64,000 nt of DNA, taken from contig CAYOLW010000002.1 in assembly GCA_964404925.1 (NCBI GenBank), positions 38,995-102,994 on the forward strand, given 5' to 3'. Source of the DNA: an uncultured Candidatus Saccharibacteria bacterium (GTDB taxonomy: Bacteria > Patescibacteriota > Minisyncoccia > Phycocordibacterales > UBA9973). Shown one piece after another: positions 36,527 through 45,147 of the stretch (positions are counted from its first letter, which is position 1; the number at the start of each line of letters is the position of its first letter). The position numbers and the translations under genes were made by a program. The notes under the pieces were generated by a model, which searched no databases, was not told the DNA's origin, and was given only the letters and a program-made list of their open reading frames with translations.

Positions 36527-37270
36527 ATGAAAAAAATAAACAAAACAAATACAGACATTGTGGCAATTAAAGAGCAAAATCAAGTCTCTGTCCTTAGAGA
36601 TCCAAATTTATTAAAACCATTTTTGGAACAACCAAAACTAAAGATTGCAGAATTTATTACAGGAGCTTTATCTAATGGTCTTTCAGATTGGACAAAGATA
36701 GGCGGTAGGTTGGTTCAAGGAGTAATAGTTGGAAATTTAATGACACAAGTTGGAAGAGAGATAAATAAACTCATAGATGAAGGAAAAATTAAAGAAAACT
36801 ATGCTGAAACAAAATATGGATTTAAATCATTAGAAGAATTATTGAAATTTATTGATAGTGAAGCACCCGACGAAGATAGATTTAATGCTGTGAAAGCGAT
36901 GTTTTTTGCTTTAAATAGCGTTGACGTGAAAAATTTAGGTGAAGAAATATTGCGTTATCAGTTATTTCATGTATCAACCAAATTGAGTTCATCTCAATTA
37001 TTAACTATGAGAGCTGCATATGAGTTTAAGAAAAATCATACACAACATAGTAGCGCTGAGGCGTGGTTGCAAGATATTTCAAAACAAATAGGTCATAACT
37101 CTAAAGGTTTAGTAGAAAATGATGAAACTGTTTTAGAACAGGAAAAATTAATTACAGGCAGGACATATAATGACAGAAGTGGAGTTAGGGGTCACAATGG
37201 CAGATTGAGTGATTTTGGAATTTCATTAGTTGAATATATATTAAAGTATGAAAATTATATTGAAGAATAA
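36527..37270 (+). CDS. hypothetical protein, DUF4393/Abi-alpha-like
   Basis: LSSSQLLTM...LEQEKLI...RLSDFGISLVEYI C-terminal pattern resembling 9368..10042. Confidence 0.5.
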   Translation: MKKINKTNTDIVAIKEQNQVSVLRDPNLLKPFLEQPKLKIAEFITGALSNGLSDWTKIGGRLVQGVIVGNLMTQVGREINKLIDEGKIKENYAETKYGFKSLEELLKFIDSEAPDEDRFNAVKAMFFALNSVDVKNLGEEILRYQLFHVSTKLSSSQLLTMRAAYEFKKNHTQHSSAEAWLQDISKQIGHNSKGLVENDETVLEQEKLITGRTYNDRSGVRGHNGRLSDFGISLVEYILKYENYIEE

Positions 37271-37397
37271 AATAAGAGTACTCAAAAGTAAAAACTGGTT
37301 TGAAAACAGCGATACATCGTATACATAAGTTTTAAAAGCACAAAAGACTCTTTACTTGATTGAATACTTGGTTCCAATCTCATATAATTAAACTCAC

Positions 37398-37916
37398 ATG
37401 AACTTTATTGTTATAAACGGCCCATCTTGTGTAGGAAAAAGCACAACAATCAACCATTTAATGGAAACCAAGGACGGATATTTCCATTTGTCTTATGACA
37501 AAATTAAGAGAAATTTCTCTAGATATGAATCAGGCAAATATGTTAATGAAATCTTCAGCCTTTTGTTCGTAATGGAGAAAAACATTTGCGAACAAGGTTT
37601 AGATATTTTGACCGATATAGCTGTATGGCGGGAGAATAGAGAAAAAATAATTGAAATCGCAAAGCAGTATAACTATCAAATATTTGAAATTAATTTAGAA
37701 GCCCCATTTGATGTTGTGCTAGAAAGATTTAGAAATCGAGTAAACGAGTCCATAATAAATCCAGAGAAGAAACTCGCCAATACATCTGAAGTAAGACTAA
37801 AAGAAATGTTTGATATATACGAAGAAGGGAAGAATAAAAATGCCTTAACGTTGCGGACAGATCAATTAACTCCTCAAGAAATAAAAGAGCAGATTTTGGA
37901 TTATATAAATAGATAA
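37398..37916 (+). CDS. P-loop kinase-like protein (AAA_33 type)
   Basis: INGPSCVGKST, LSYD, LEAPFDVVLERFRNR. Confidence 0.75.
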   Translation: MNFIVINGPSCVGKSTTINHLMETKDGYFHLSYDKIKRNFSRYESGKYVNEIFSLLFVMEKNICEQGLDILTDIAVWRENREKIIEIAKQYNYQIFEINLEAPFDVVLERFRNRVNESIINPEKKLANTSEVRLKEMFDIYEEGKNKNALTLRTDQLTPQEIKEQILDYINR

Positions 37917-38119
37917 TAAATACAAATATTCTATTTATCGCCATAAGTTCTAATCACACCTTTCAGCTATTGACTTTTCTATTATTTGTGTTAATCTGCA
38001 GTTAAATTTTAGCTCGTTGAAATAAGAAAGTGACGGGTTGGGGAATGATTCTAGCCTCTAATTATTTAGGGTTTTGAATCATTCACCTTAACTCTTCACT
38101 TAAACAAAACAAAAAAATC

Positions 38120-38308
38120 ATGGAAGGAAAAACCATCCTTTGGATTATAGGAGGCCTCGTCCTGTATTTACTTGTTGGCTACATAAATGCATTGAGAGTC
38201 AGAAACTCTGCTCGGGGACTTTCAGCCACTCTTCAAATACCAATGAAACACGACAACTTAGACAAGACCATAATTTTTTTCTGGATTTTCAAAATGTTCA
38301 AATTTTAA
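38120..38308 (+). CDS. small membrane protein
   Basis: 62 aa, N-terminal TM, A-rich initiation region. Confidence 0.55.
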   Translation: MEGKTILWIIGGLVLYLLVGYINALRVRNSARGLSATLQIPMKHDNLDKTIIFFWIFKMFKF

Positions 38309-38311
38309 ACC

Positions 38312-38629
38312 GTGCTATCTATGGCTAACTTCTTTTTGTATTTGGACTGTCTTGTAACAAACAAGGTCTCTCGATTCTCGCTTCTTCTTTTCGCCTTAGG
38401 TTTTTTTCTGATGCGAAAGTATAATTGGATTTTTTTTCCGATTGTGCTTTTTGTAATCGGCGGAATCCTATTCTTTTTCACAGGTTTTGGGCTTAATAGT
38501 TACATTCTCTGTAAGAGAATGTGTAATATTGTTGAAAGTCGTGGATTTCTAGAGGTCTCTGAAGACGACATAGACACACCCTGTGCCTCAGCCGCCTTTA
38601 AGGTGGCATCAAGAAGATATAGTAAATAA
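38312..38629 (+). CDS. hypothetical membrane protein
   Basis: Two TM segments; followed by a terminator-like hairpin around 38647-38700. Confidence 0.5.
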   Translation: MLSMANFFLYLDCLVTNKVSRFSLLLFALGFFLMRKYNWIFFPIVLFVIGGILFFFTGFGLNSYILCKRMCNIVESRGFLEVSEDDIDTPCASAAFKVASRRYSK

Positions 38630-38784
38630 AATATAATCCAACGCATACCCGCTTTCACAAAACAGTTAATCTGCTAAGTGTTAGCGGGTTTTCTGTTTTT
38701 CGGTTATCTTGCATCTAAGCAAATATAATGTAGTATTCAATCGAATCAAATCGCGCCTGGCGAGTATCTCAGGTATCTCTATAT

Positions 38785-39286
38785 ATGAGAAAGCTCTTTA
38801 TACTTTTTTTATTTTTTTACCCTGAATTTATTTTTGGTCAGCTAACCCTGCAGAGTATTGTCGCTAAATTCGAGACTGAAATGGACACTTGTTTATCTGA
38901 CTGTTTCAAATACAGGTTGGATAACATTTATAAGTTCACCCAGGATAGCTATAGGTGACCCTCATTTTTTTCCATTCCCTCACAAGACTATTTGGATCAG
39001 AGATTCTTCTGATTTGGAAATGCTAGTAGAGGAGGTGTCTCATTCATACCAATGGCAACAAAAAGGCGGTAAGTTTCGTTTAGTTACCGCTGCCAGTGGA
39101 CTATATCTAAAGGCTGCTTGGTTATCTGTTTGGAAAAAAGATGGTAAAAAATTAACACTTTGGCAAAGATATTCAGACTTTGCCTATGAGCCCATGCGGC
39201 ACAAGTTCTGGGCCTATGAATATGAGGCTCACAATGAAATTGTTCGAGATATGTGGAAGTATTTGGGTTGCAAGGACAGTTTTTGA
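38785..39286 (+). pseudogene. frameshifted secreted zincin-like protein
   Basis: Signal-peptide ORF 38785..38958 overlaps the +1 frame ORF carrying EEVSHSYQW and YEYEAH. Confidence 0.45.
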
Positions 39287-39298
39287 AAGTAAATCTTA

Positions 39299-39340
39299 AA
39301 AGACTATGCAGTAGTATGAACTAACGCATAGTCTTTTTTT
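39299..39340 (+). terminator. intrinsic terminator
   Basis: AAAGACTATGC...GCATAGTCTTTTTTT. Confidence 0.65.
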
Positions 39341-39382
39341 ATTGTTATAATATAGTCATTATTAATTATTAAATATAATTAT

Positions 39383-39547
39383 ATGGGAATAGAAGCAGGT
39401 TATTCAAAAAAGGGTACAGAGACATGTCCATCGTGCAATGGTGATGGTGTAATAAAAACACGTATTGAAAGCAATAGCGAACTACAATTCCGTACAGATA
39501 CATGTCCTACCTGTAAAGGTTCTGGGCAAGTACCAGCCAGGAAATAG
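39383..39547 (+). CDS. small DnaJ-type zinc-finger protein (54 aa, not in ORF track)
   Basis: MGIEAGYSKKGTETCPSCNGDG...TCPTCKGSGQVPARK: two CxxCxGxG motifs. Confidence 0.75.
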   Translation: MGIEAGYSKKGTETCPSCNGDGVIKTRIESNSELQFRTDTCPTCKGSGQVPARK

Positions 39548-39573
39548 GTTTACTGATAAATAGTAATTTTTGC

Positions 39574-40010
39574 TATAATACTGGCACAGATGCCGACCAA
39601 GAAAATTAAGAAAATATTAGTGGTAGAAGACGAGCGCCCAATGGCACATGCGCTTGATTTAAAGCTGACCCATGAAGGGTTCACTGTGACCGTAGCTTAT
39701 AACGGAGAAGAAGCACTAAAAGCTATGGAGGATACTGAATTTGATTTGGTTCTGCTTGATATCATGATGCCGAAGCTAGATGGATTTGGAGTCTTAGAAC
39801 AGATGAAGATTCTCAATTACAAATGGCCGGCGATAGTTTTGTCTAATCTGAGTCAGAGTGAAGACGAGAAAAGAGCTCGCGATTTGGGTGCAAATAAATT
39901 TTTTGTTAAATCCAATACTCCAATAATGAGAATTGTGGACTACGCAAAAGAAATTTTACGCGGGTAGTGTTATACTATTTAACAGATGAATATTGATGAG
40001 CAAAAATTAA
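39574..40010 (+). repeat. direct repeat copy 1 (receiver gene, pilB promoter and first codons)
   Basis: Matches 41763..41965 apart from a 234-bp deletion in copy 2 and three substitutions. Confidence 0.9.
39590..39967 (+). CDS. single-domain response regulator
   Basis: ILVVEDE, LLDIMMPKLDG, VLSN, FVK. Confidence 0.9.
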   Translation: MPTKKIKKILVVEDERPMAHALDLKLTHEGFTVTVAYNGEEALKAMEDTEFDLVLLDIMMPKLDGFGVLEQMKILNYKWPAIVLSNLSQSEDEKRARDLGANKFFVKSNTPIMRIVDYAKEILRG

Positions 40011-40019
40011 TTTAAATAT

Positions 40020-41054
40020 ATGGAAATCAATCAAGAAATAACAGAAGTAGAGCAGGGTGTTAAAGAGTATATAAAAAAAGATAATGGTTTTACTCTTATA
40101 GAGATAATCATGGTCATTGTTGTAATAGCGATTCTGGCAAGTTTGTCACTTGTGGTTTTTTCTGAAGCAAGGAAAAAAGCAAGAGACACACAACGTATAA
40201 CTGCTATTCAAAATATTAATAAAGCAATTCAAGTATATATCACTGATTATGGTCTAGCACCAGATCTTGGTGATCCTGCGTGCCTTGAAGTCCTTAACCC
40301 TAATCCATCTTGTGTTGCTGATATTATGAATCATCCAAATGAATGGACAGATTTAGCAAAAGCGCTAGAGCCATACATCCATATTTTGCCCACCGATCCT
40401 TGTGTGAATTGTGTAAGTGTTTTTACTAATGTTGCTTATGCACAAACAGGTTTAGATTATAACTTTGTTTATAAAGCACCAGCAGGTATAGCATATGATT
40501 TACAGCAAGCAGGTCTATCGTTAGATTTTTTGGATAGTAGTACATATCGAATATATGCTGATAAACTTGAGAAATTTGATGGAGCATTTGGGTATGGTTA
40601 TAATTTACATGGTTTTTTTGCTTTAAATAATGATGCTTCTGTATTAGATGAGTTATGTCCTTTAAGTTCAAAAGAGTATTGTGATTTTTGGCCTGATTTA
40701 GTTAAAAAAAATACCGAAATTTGCAATTCGGGCGATTTGGAAACATGCATTATGTTGGCGCGTCACGGATTGTTTGATGGATCAAATGTTTTTAAATGTG
40801 TATTTAATACAGAAGAACAATGCGCTGAATGGGATTCTTTTCTATATAAAAACATAACAATATGTAATGAGGGAGAAAGGTCTAGTTGTGATTTGTTAGC
40901 AAAATATGATTTATACCCACAGATTACAGAATGTCCTTTAAAGGAACGTGATTGCCTTGCTTGGTTTGAAGAAATACAAAATAATTTATTATTATGTGAT
41001 TTTAAAGAAGAGACAGCTTGTAATTGGTTGGATAAAAATAATGTTTTTAAATAA
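40020..41054 (+). CDS. type IV pilin-like protein with C-terminal Cys-rich repeats
   Basis: G|FTLIE prepilin site, ARKKARDTQR, LPTDP; three roughly 45-aa four-Cys repeats. Confidence 0.85.
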   Translation: MEINQEITEVEQGVKEYIKKDNGFTLIEIIMVIVVIAILASLSLVVFSEARKKARDTQRITAIQNINKAIQVYITDYGLAPDLGDPACLEVLNPNPSCVADIMNHPNEWTDLAKALEPYIHILPTDPCVNCVSVFTNVAYAQTGLDYNFVYKAPAGIAYDLQQAGLSLDFLDSSTYRIYADKLEKFDGAFGYGYNLHGFFALNNDASVLDELCPLSSKEYCDFWPDLVKKNTEICNSGDLETCIMLARHGLFDGSNVFKCVFNTEEQCAEWDSFLYKNITICNEGERSSCDLLAKYDLYPQITECPLKERDCLAWFEEIQNNLLLCDFKEETACNWLDKNNVFK

Positions 41055-41700
41055 TACTGGTTTTTGGGCAATTGCTTCTGCAAGTAGTTGTAAAAAATTT
41101 TGAATTAGAAAAGGACGCTTTTTTATTTAATGGGTCTATCAATTGAGGAAGTATAGCCATGTATTCTTGATGAGCTTTAGTCGTGTCTAAAATTACTCCC
41201 TTATCTGCTGAACTTTTTACTTGGACTAGATATAGAGTATGAACTTGATTATTGTCTTCTACTATCCAAGGAAAGAAAGGTATCTTTGGCACTTTCTGTA
41301 CCACTTAATATCATTTTTACTTCTGCTTGTATTTTTTCAGAATTACTACCTAATTCTTCAGCTAAAACCTACTTAATAATAAAAGAAATGTTATTAATTG
41401 GTATATTATACTGAGTCACTATTCTTAGTAATGCATTTTGTAATCTTGCTTCTGGTAAGTAGAGAACTCTTCTTTTTAATTCTTCTCCTTAATAAACTCC
41501 AACTACTCGTCTTTGGGTGGCTGATATATCTCTTTCTGAACTTTCTCTTAGATAAATTTTAATTAAGTTTTTGATTTTATCATTTGCTGGACCAGCATGT
41601 ATCTCGTTTTTAACAGGAACAGTCGCTGTAAAAGCAGGTTGTCCTCTGTCTCAACCCTTCTCAAAAATCAATTTAAAAAAATTATTTTCTGCCCCCCATA
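41047..41700 (-). pseudogene. degraded gene of unknown function
   Basis: Protein-like minus-strand frame from about 41695 interrupted by TGA, TAA and TAG stops, then shifting into ORF 41047..41304. Confidence 0.45.
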
Positions 41701-41762
41701 ACTAAACTGTAGCATTTTGGCTTTATATTTTAATAGAACTTTTTTTAAGTTTAAGTACGGGT

Positions 41763-41965
41763 TATAATACTGGCACATATGCCGACCAAGAAAACTAAGA
41801 AAATATTAGTGGTAGAATACGAGAAAAGAGCTCGCGATTTGGGTGCAAATAAATTTTTTGTTAAATCCAATACTCCAATAATGAGAATTGTGGACTACGC
41901 AAAAGAAATTTTACGCGGGTAGTGTTATACTATTTAACAGATGAATATTGATGAGCAAAAATTAA
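41763..41965 (+). repeat. direct repeat copy 2
   Basis: Internally deleted copy of 39574..40010. Confidence 0.9.
41779..41922 (+). pseudogene. in-frame deleted copy of the response regulator (47 aa)
   Basis: MPTKKTKKILVVEYEKRARDLGANKFFVKSNTPIMRIVDYAKEILRG; phosphoacceptor region missing. Confidence 0.8.
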
Positions 41966-43599
41966 AAGACATACTGCTCCGCCAGAACTATATTACTGAA
42001 AAAGATTTCACCACTGCCGCTTTAAATGCAAAGAAAGAAAAGATTTCACCAGTCAGATACCTATTAAACCAAGGAATAATTTCTGAAGGTTTAATAGCTC
42101 AGGCATTAGCCGAGTCTTTTGGTGTTCCTTATTCAGATTTAAAGTTAAGAGAACCCTCCAAGGACGTAGTAAATCTAATTCCAGAGAAATTTGCTCGTGA
42201 AAAGAGGGTAGTATGTGTGTCTTCTAATAAAGACCAAGTAGTTGTAGCCACAGACAATCCATTGCAGCCAAAATTAGCTGAAGAATTAAATTCTATTTTG
42301 CATAATAGTAATATTTCTATTACGTACGCACTGCCTGAATCCATAGATCAAATTCTACGTTTTTATCAAAAATCATTAGATACCAGATTTTCTAAAATAA
42401 TTGCTGCTGGTAATAGGGTTGCTCCAGAAATATTAGAAGAAATATTTGAAGATGCGTACGCTTTTTCAGCTTCAGACATACATTTTGAACCTAATGCTAA
42501 AGACATCTCGGTTCGTTTCAGAGTGGACGGAGTATTGCAAGACGGGGGTAAACTTCCAAAAGAATTTTACGAAAATATTTTAAACAGAATCAAAGTTGAA
42601 AGCCGACTGCGCATAGACGAGCATTTTGCTGCACAAGATGGATCTATGCATTACGAATCAGGTACAGATGCAGAGAAAAAGTTTTTTGATTTACGTACAT
42701 CTATTGTACCGACGGTGGAAGGGGAAAAAGTAGTGTTGCGTGTTTTGTCTTCGTATGTAGAAGGTTTGTCTTTGGCTGATTTAGGTTTTAGTAAAGAAGA
42801 CGGAGAAAAGATTGAGAAAGCAGCGCATAAACCCTTCGGCATGATATTGGTTACTGGACCAACTGGTTCTGGCAAGACGACTACTCTGTACGGAGTGCTC
42901 AAAATATTAAATACTAGGGAAGTAAACGTCACCACCATCGAGGACCCTGTCGAATATAAAGTATCCGGTATAAATCAAATTCAGACTAATCTAGAGACAA
43001 ATTTAACCTTTGCTAAAGGTTTGCGTTCTATCGTTCGCCAAGACCCAGACATCATATTGGTAGGTGAAATCAGAGATGAGGAAACAGCCGAAATAGCGGT
43101 GAACGCTGCACTGACCGGGCATTTGTTGTTGTCGACTTTTCACGCCAATGATGCTTCTACTGCTATACCTCGACTACTTGATATGGGTATTGAACCTTTC
43201 TTGCTTTCATCAACCCTTGAATTAATTGTTGCTCAGCGTTTGGTACGCAAGATATGCGAGGCTTGTCGTTATAGCACCGAATTGTTAGTGAGTGATTTAG
43301 CAAAAAAATACAAAAATGTTCACGGTTTTTCTGGCAAGAATATTACCTTGTATCAAGGCAAGGGTTGTGACACATGTGCTGGTACTGGGTTTAAGGGACG
43401 TACAGCTATCTTTGAATTTATTGAGATAACTCCAGCCATGTCTGAATTAATGCTCAAGTCCCCGTCTTCGATTGAGATTCAAAAATTAGCCAAAAAAGAA
43501 GGAACTAAATCAATGTTTGAAGATGGGCTTGAGAAGGTTAAATCCGGTGTGACGACATTAGACGAATTACTACGGGTGGCACCTCCGCCAATCGAATAA
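41941..43599 (+). CDS. pilB: type IV pilus assembly ATPase PilB/GspE
   Basis: ASDIHFEP, GPTGSGKTTTLY, TIEDPVEY, RQDPDIILVGEIRD, CxxC pair. Confidence 0.93.
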   Translation: MNIDEQKLKDILLRQNYITEKDFTTAALNAKKEKISPVRYLLNQGIISEGLIAQALAESFGVPYSDLKLREPSKDVVNLIPEKFAREKRVVCVSSNKDQVVVATDNPLQPKLAEELNSILHNSNISITYALPESIDQILRFYQKSLDTRFSKIIAAGNRVAPEILEEIFEDAYAFSASDIHFEPNAKDISVRFRVDGVLQDGGKLPKEFYENILNRIKVESRLRIDEHFAAQDGSMHYESGTDAEKKFFDLRTSIVPTVEGEKVVLRVLSSYVEGLSLADLGFSKEDGEKIEKAAHKPFGMILVTGPTGSGKTTTLYGVLKILNTREVNVTTIEDPVEYKVSGINQIQTNLETNLTFAKGLRSIVRQDPDIILVGEIRDEETAEIAVNAALTGHLLLSTFHANDASTAIPRLLDMGIEPFLLSSTLELIVAQRLVRKICEACRYSTELLVSDLAKKYKNVHGFSGKNITLYQGKGCDTCAGTGFKGRTAIFEFIEITPAMSELMLKSPSSIEIQKLAKKEGTKSMFEDGLEKVKSGVTTLDELLRVAPPPIE

Positions 43600-43607
43600 C
43601 CAATCGA

Positions 43608-44702
43608 ATGCAAAAAATTTCAATTCAAAAAATTAATGATTTTTTTGCTGATATGGGTTTTGTAAAAGAGAAAGAATACTTCTTGACCAATTTGAGCATG
43701 CTGCTTGATGCAGGAATGAATGTGTCTGATGCTGTGGCTACTTTGCGCAAAGAATCTAAATCTCCCTCAATGCGTAAATTGCTTGCGAATGTTGGTGAAG
43801 ATATAAGTAACGGTTTTTCTATCTCGAATACTTTAAAAAGATCTGGTTTCACTACTGATCACACAGATTCGCTCATTAAAATAGGTGAGGAGTCAGGTAA
43901 GCTGTCACAAAATCTAAAAATTATCGCCGTTGGAGAAGAAAAGAACAGAGTTTTCCGTTCTAAAATTCGTTCGGCGATGCTTTATCCAATGTTTGTTTTT
44001 GGAGTGACTATTATGGTGGGGATAGTGGTGATTTGGTATATATTACCCAGGCTTGCAACTGTATTTTCTCAAATGAATATTGAGTTGCCGGCTTTGACTC
44101 GAGCTTTAATTGCAACCGGTAATTTCTTGGCAAAATACGGAACTTTTTTTGTGCCGACGGTGCTTTTGCTTTTAAGTTCGATTTTCTATTTTCTATTTGT
44201 ATTTCATAAAACTAAACATATTGGGCAAAGGTTTTTATTATCTTCGCCTGGTGTCGGAGAAATATTAAGACAAATAGAGATTGCTCATATGGGTTATATA
44301 TTAGGTACCTTGCTCGACGCTGGTATTCCAGTTGTTTCTTCACTTAATTCTCTTGCTGAATCCACCAGTTCCCGAACACATCAAAATTTTTATAAAAAAA
44401 TTAAAAACAGTATTGCTGATGGCAATTCTTTTGCCAAGACATTCGATTCTTTGTCAGAGACAAATAAATTCATTCCACCAACAGTTGAACGTCTAATTGT
44501 ATCCGGAGAACAATCGGGTAAATTGTCTGAAACATTGCTGAAGGTTGGTATTCATTATGAAGCAAAGATTGATGATACAACCAAGAATCTGTCAGTTATT
44601 TTTGAACCAATCTTGTTGGTTATTGTATGGGTTGGGGTGGTGTCTGTGGCGCTTGCTGTTATTTTGCCTATTTATAGTTTGATTGGTAATTTCAATCGCT
44701 AA
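43608..44702 (+). CDS. pilC: type IV pilus platform protein PilC/GspF
   Basis: GEESGKL, RSAMLYP, GEQSGKL, FEPILLV..LPIY. Confidence 0.92.
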   Translation: MQKISIQKINDFFADMGFVKEKEYFLTNLSMLLDAGMNVSDAVATLRKESKSPSMRKLLANVGEDISNGFSISNTLKRSGFTTDHTDSLIKIGEESGKLSQNLKIIAVGEEKNRVFRSKIRSAMLYPMFVFGVTIMVGIVVIWYILPRLATVFSQMNIELPALTRALIATGNFLAKYGTFFVPTVLLLLSSIFYFLFVFHKTKHIGQRFLLSSPGVGEILRQIEIAHMGYILGTLLDAGIPVVSSLNSLAESTSSRTHQNFYKKIKNSIADGNSFAKTFDSLSETNKFIPPTVERLIVSGEQSGKLSETLLKVGIHYEAKIDDTTKNLSVIFEPILLVIVWVGVVSVALAVILPIYSLIGNFNR

Positions 44703-44703
44703 T

Positions 44704-45147
44704 ATGTCGACAAAACAAAACCATGGTTTTACATTGATAGAAATGTTGTTATCAGTAGCTGTTTTTGGTGGAATTTTGGCCATAGGGGCGCCGTTGTACA
44801 GCCGATTCCTCAGTATCAATAACCTAAACACAACTACTACTATTTTGGTACAAAATCTAAGGCATGCTAGGAATTCGGCTATTTCTGTTGACGGAGATAG
44901 TCCGTGGGGTGTCCATGTCGCATCAGGTGTTATTACTGTCTACAAGGGTGCTTCTTATGCCACACGGGATGTATCATTCGATCAGGTGAATAATGTCCCA
45001 ACTGAAGTTACTTTTTCCGGCGATACTGAAGTTGCGTTCAAGAAATTCGATGGTTTGCCAAATTCAGATACAATTTTTACTCTAACAAATACCAATAATC
45101 AAACAACCAACATTAATATTAATACCAAAGGCTTAATTGATTTTTAA
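44704..45147 (+). CDS. minor pilin (FimT/GspH-like)
   Basis: G|FTLIEMLL prepilin motif; ATG at 44704. Confidence 0.85.
   Translation: MSTKQNHGFTLIEMLLSVAVFGGILAIGAPLYSRFLSINNLNTTTTILVQNLRHARNSAISVDGDSPWGVHVASGVITVYKGASYATRDVSFDQVNNVPTEVTFSGDTEVAFKKFDGLPNSDTIFTLTNTNNQTTNININTKGLIDF

Noticed and set aside
41300-41700. Stop-codon recoding (code 25, Sec or Pyl) to explain in-frame stops
   Set aside because: TGA, TAA and TAG all interrupt the frame, and TGA ends normal genes elsewhere in the window (e.g. 6129, 1558)
39574-41965. Duplicated segment as a DGR template/variable repeat pair
   Set aside because: The differences are G>T, T>C, G>T plus a deletion, not adenine-specific, and no reverse transcriptase is nearby
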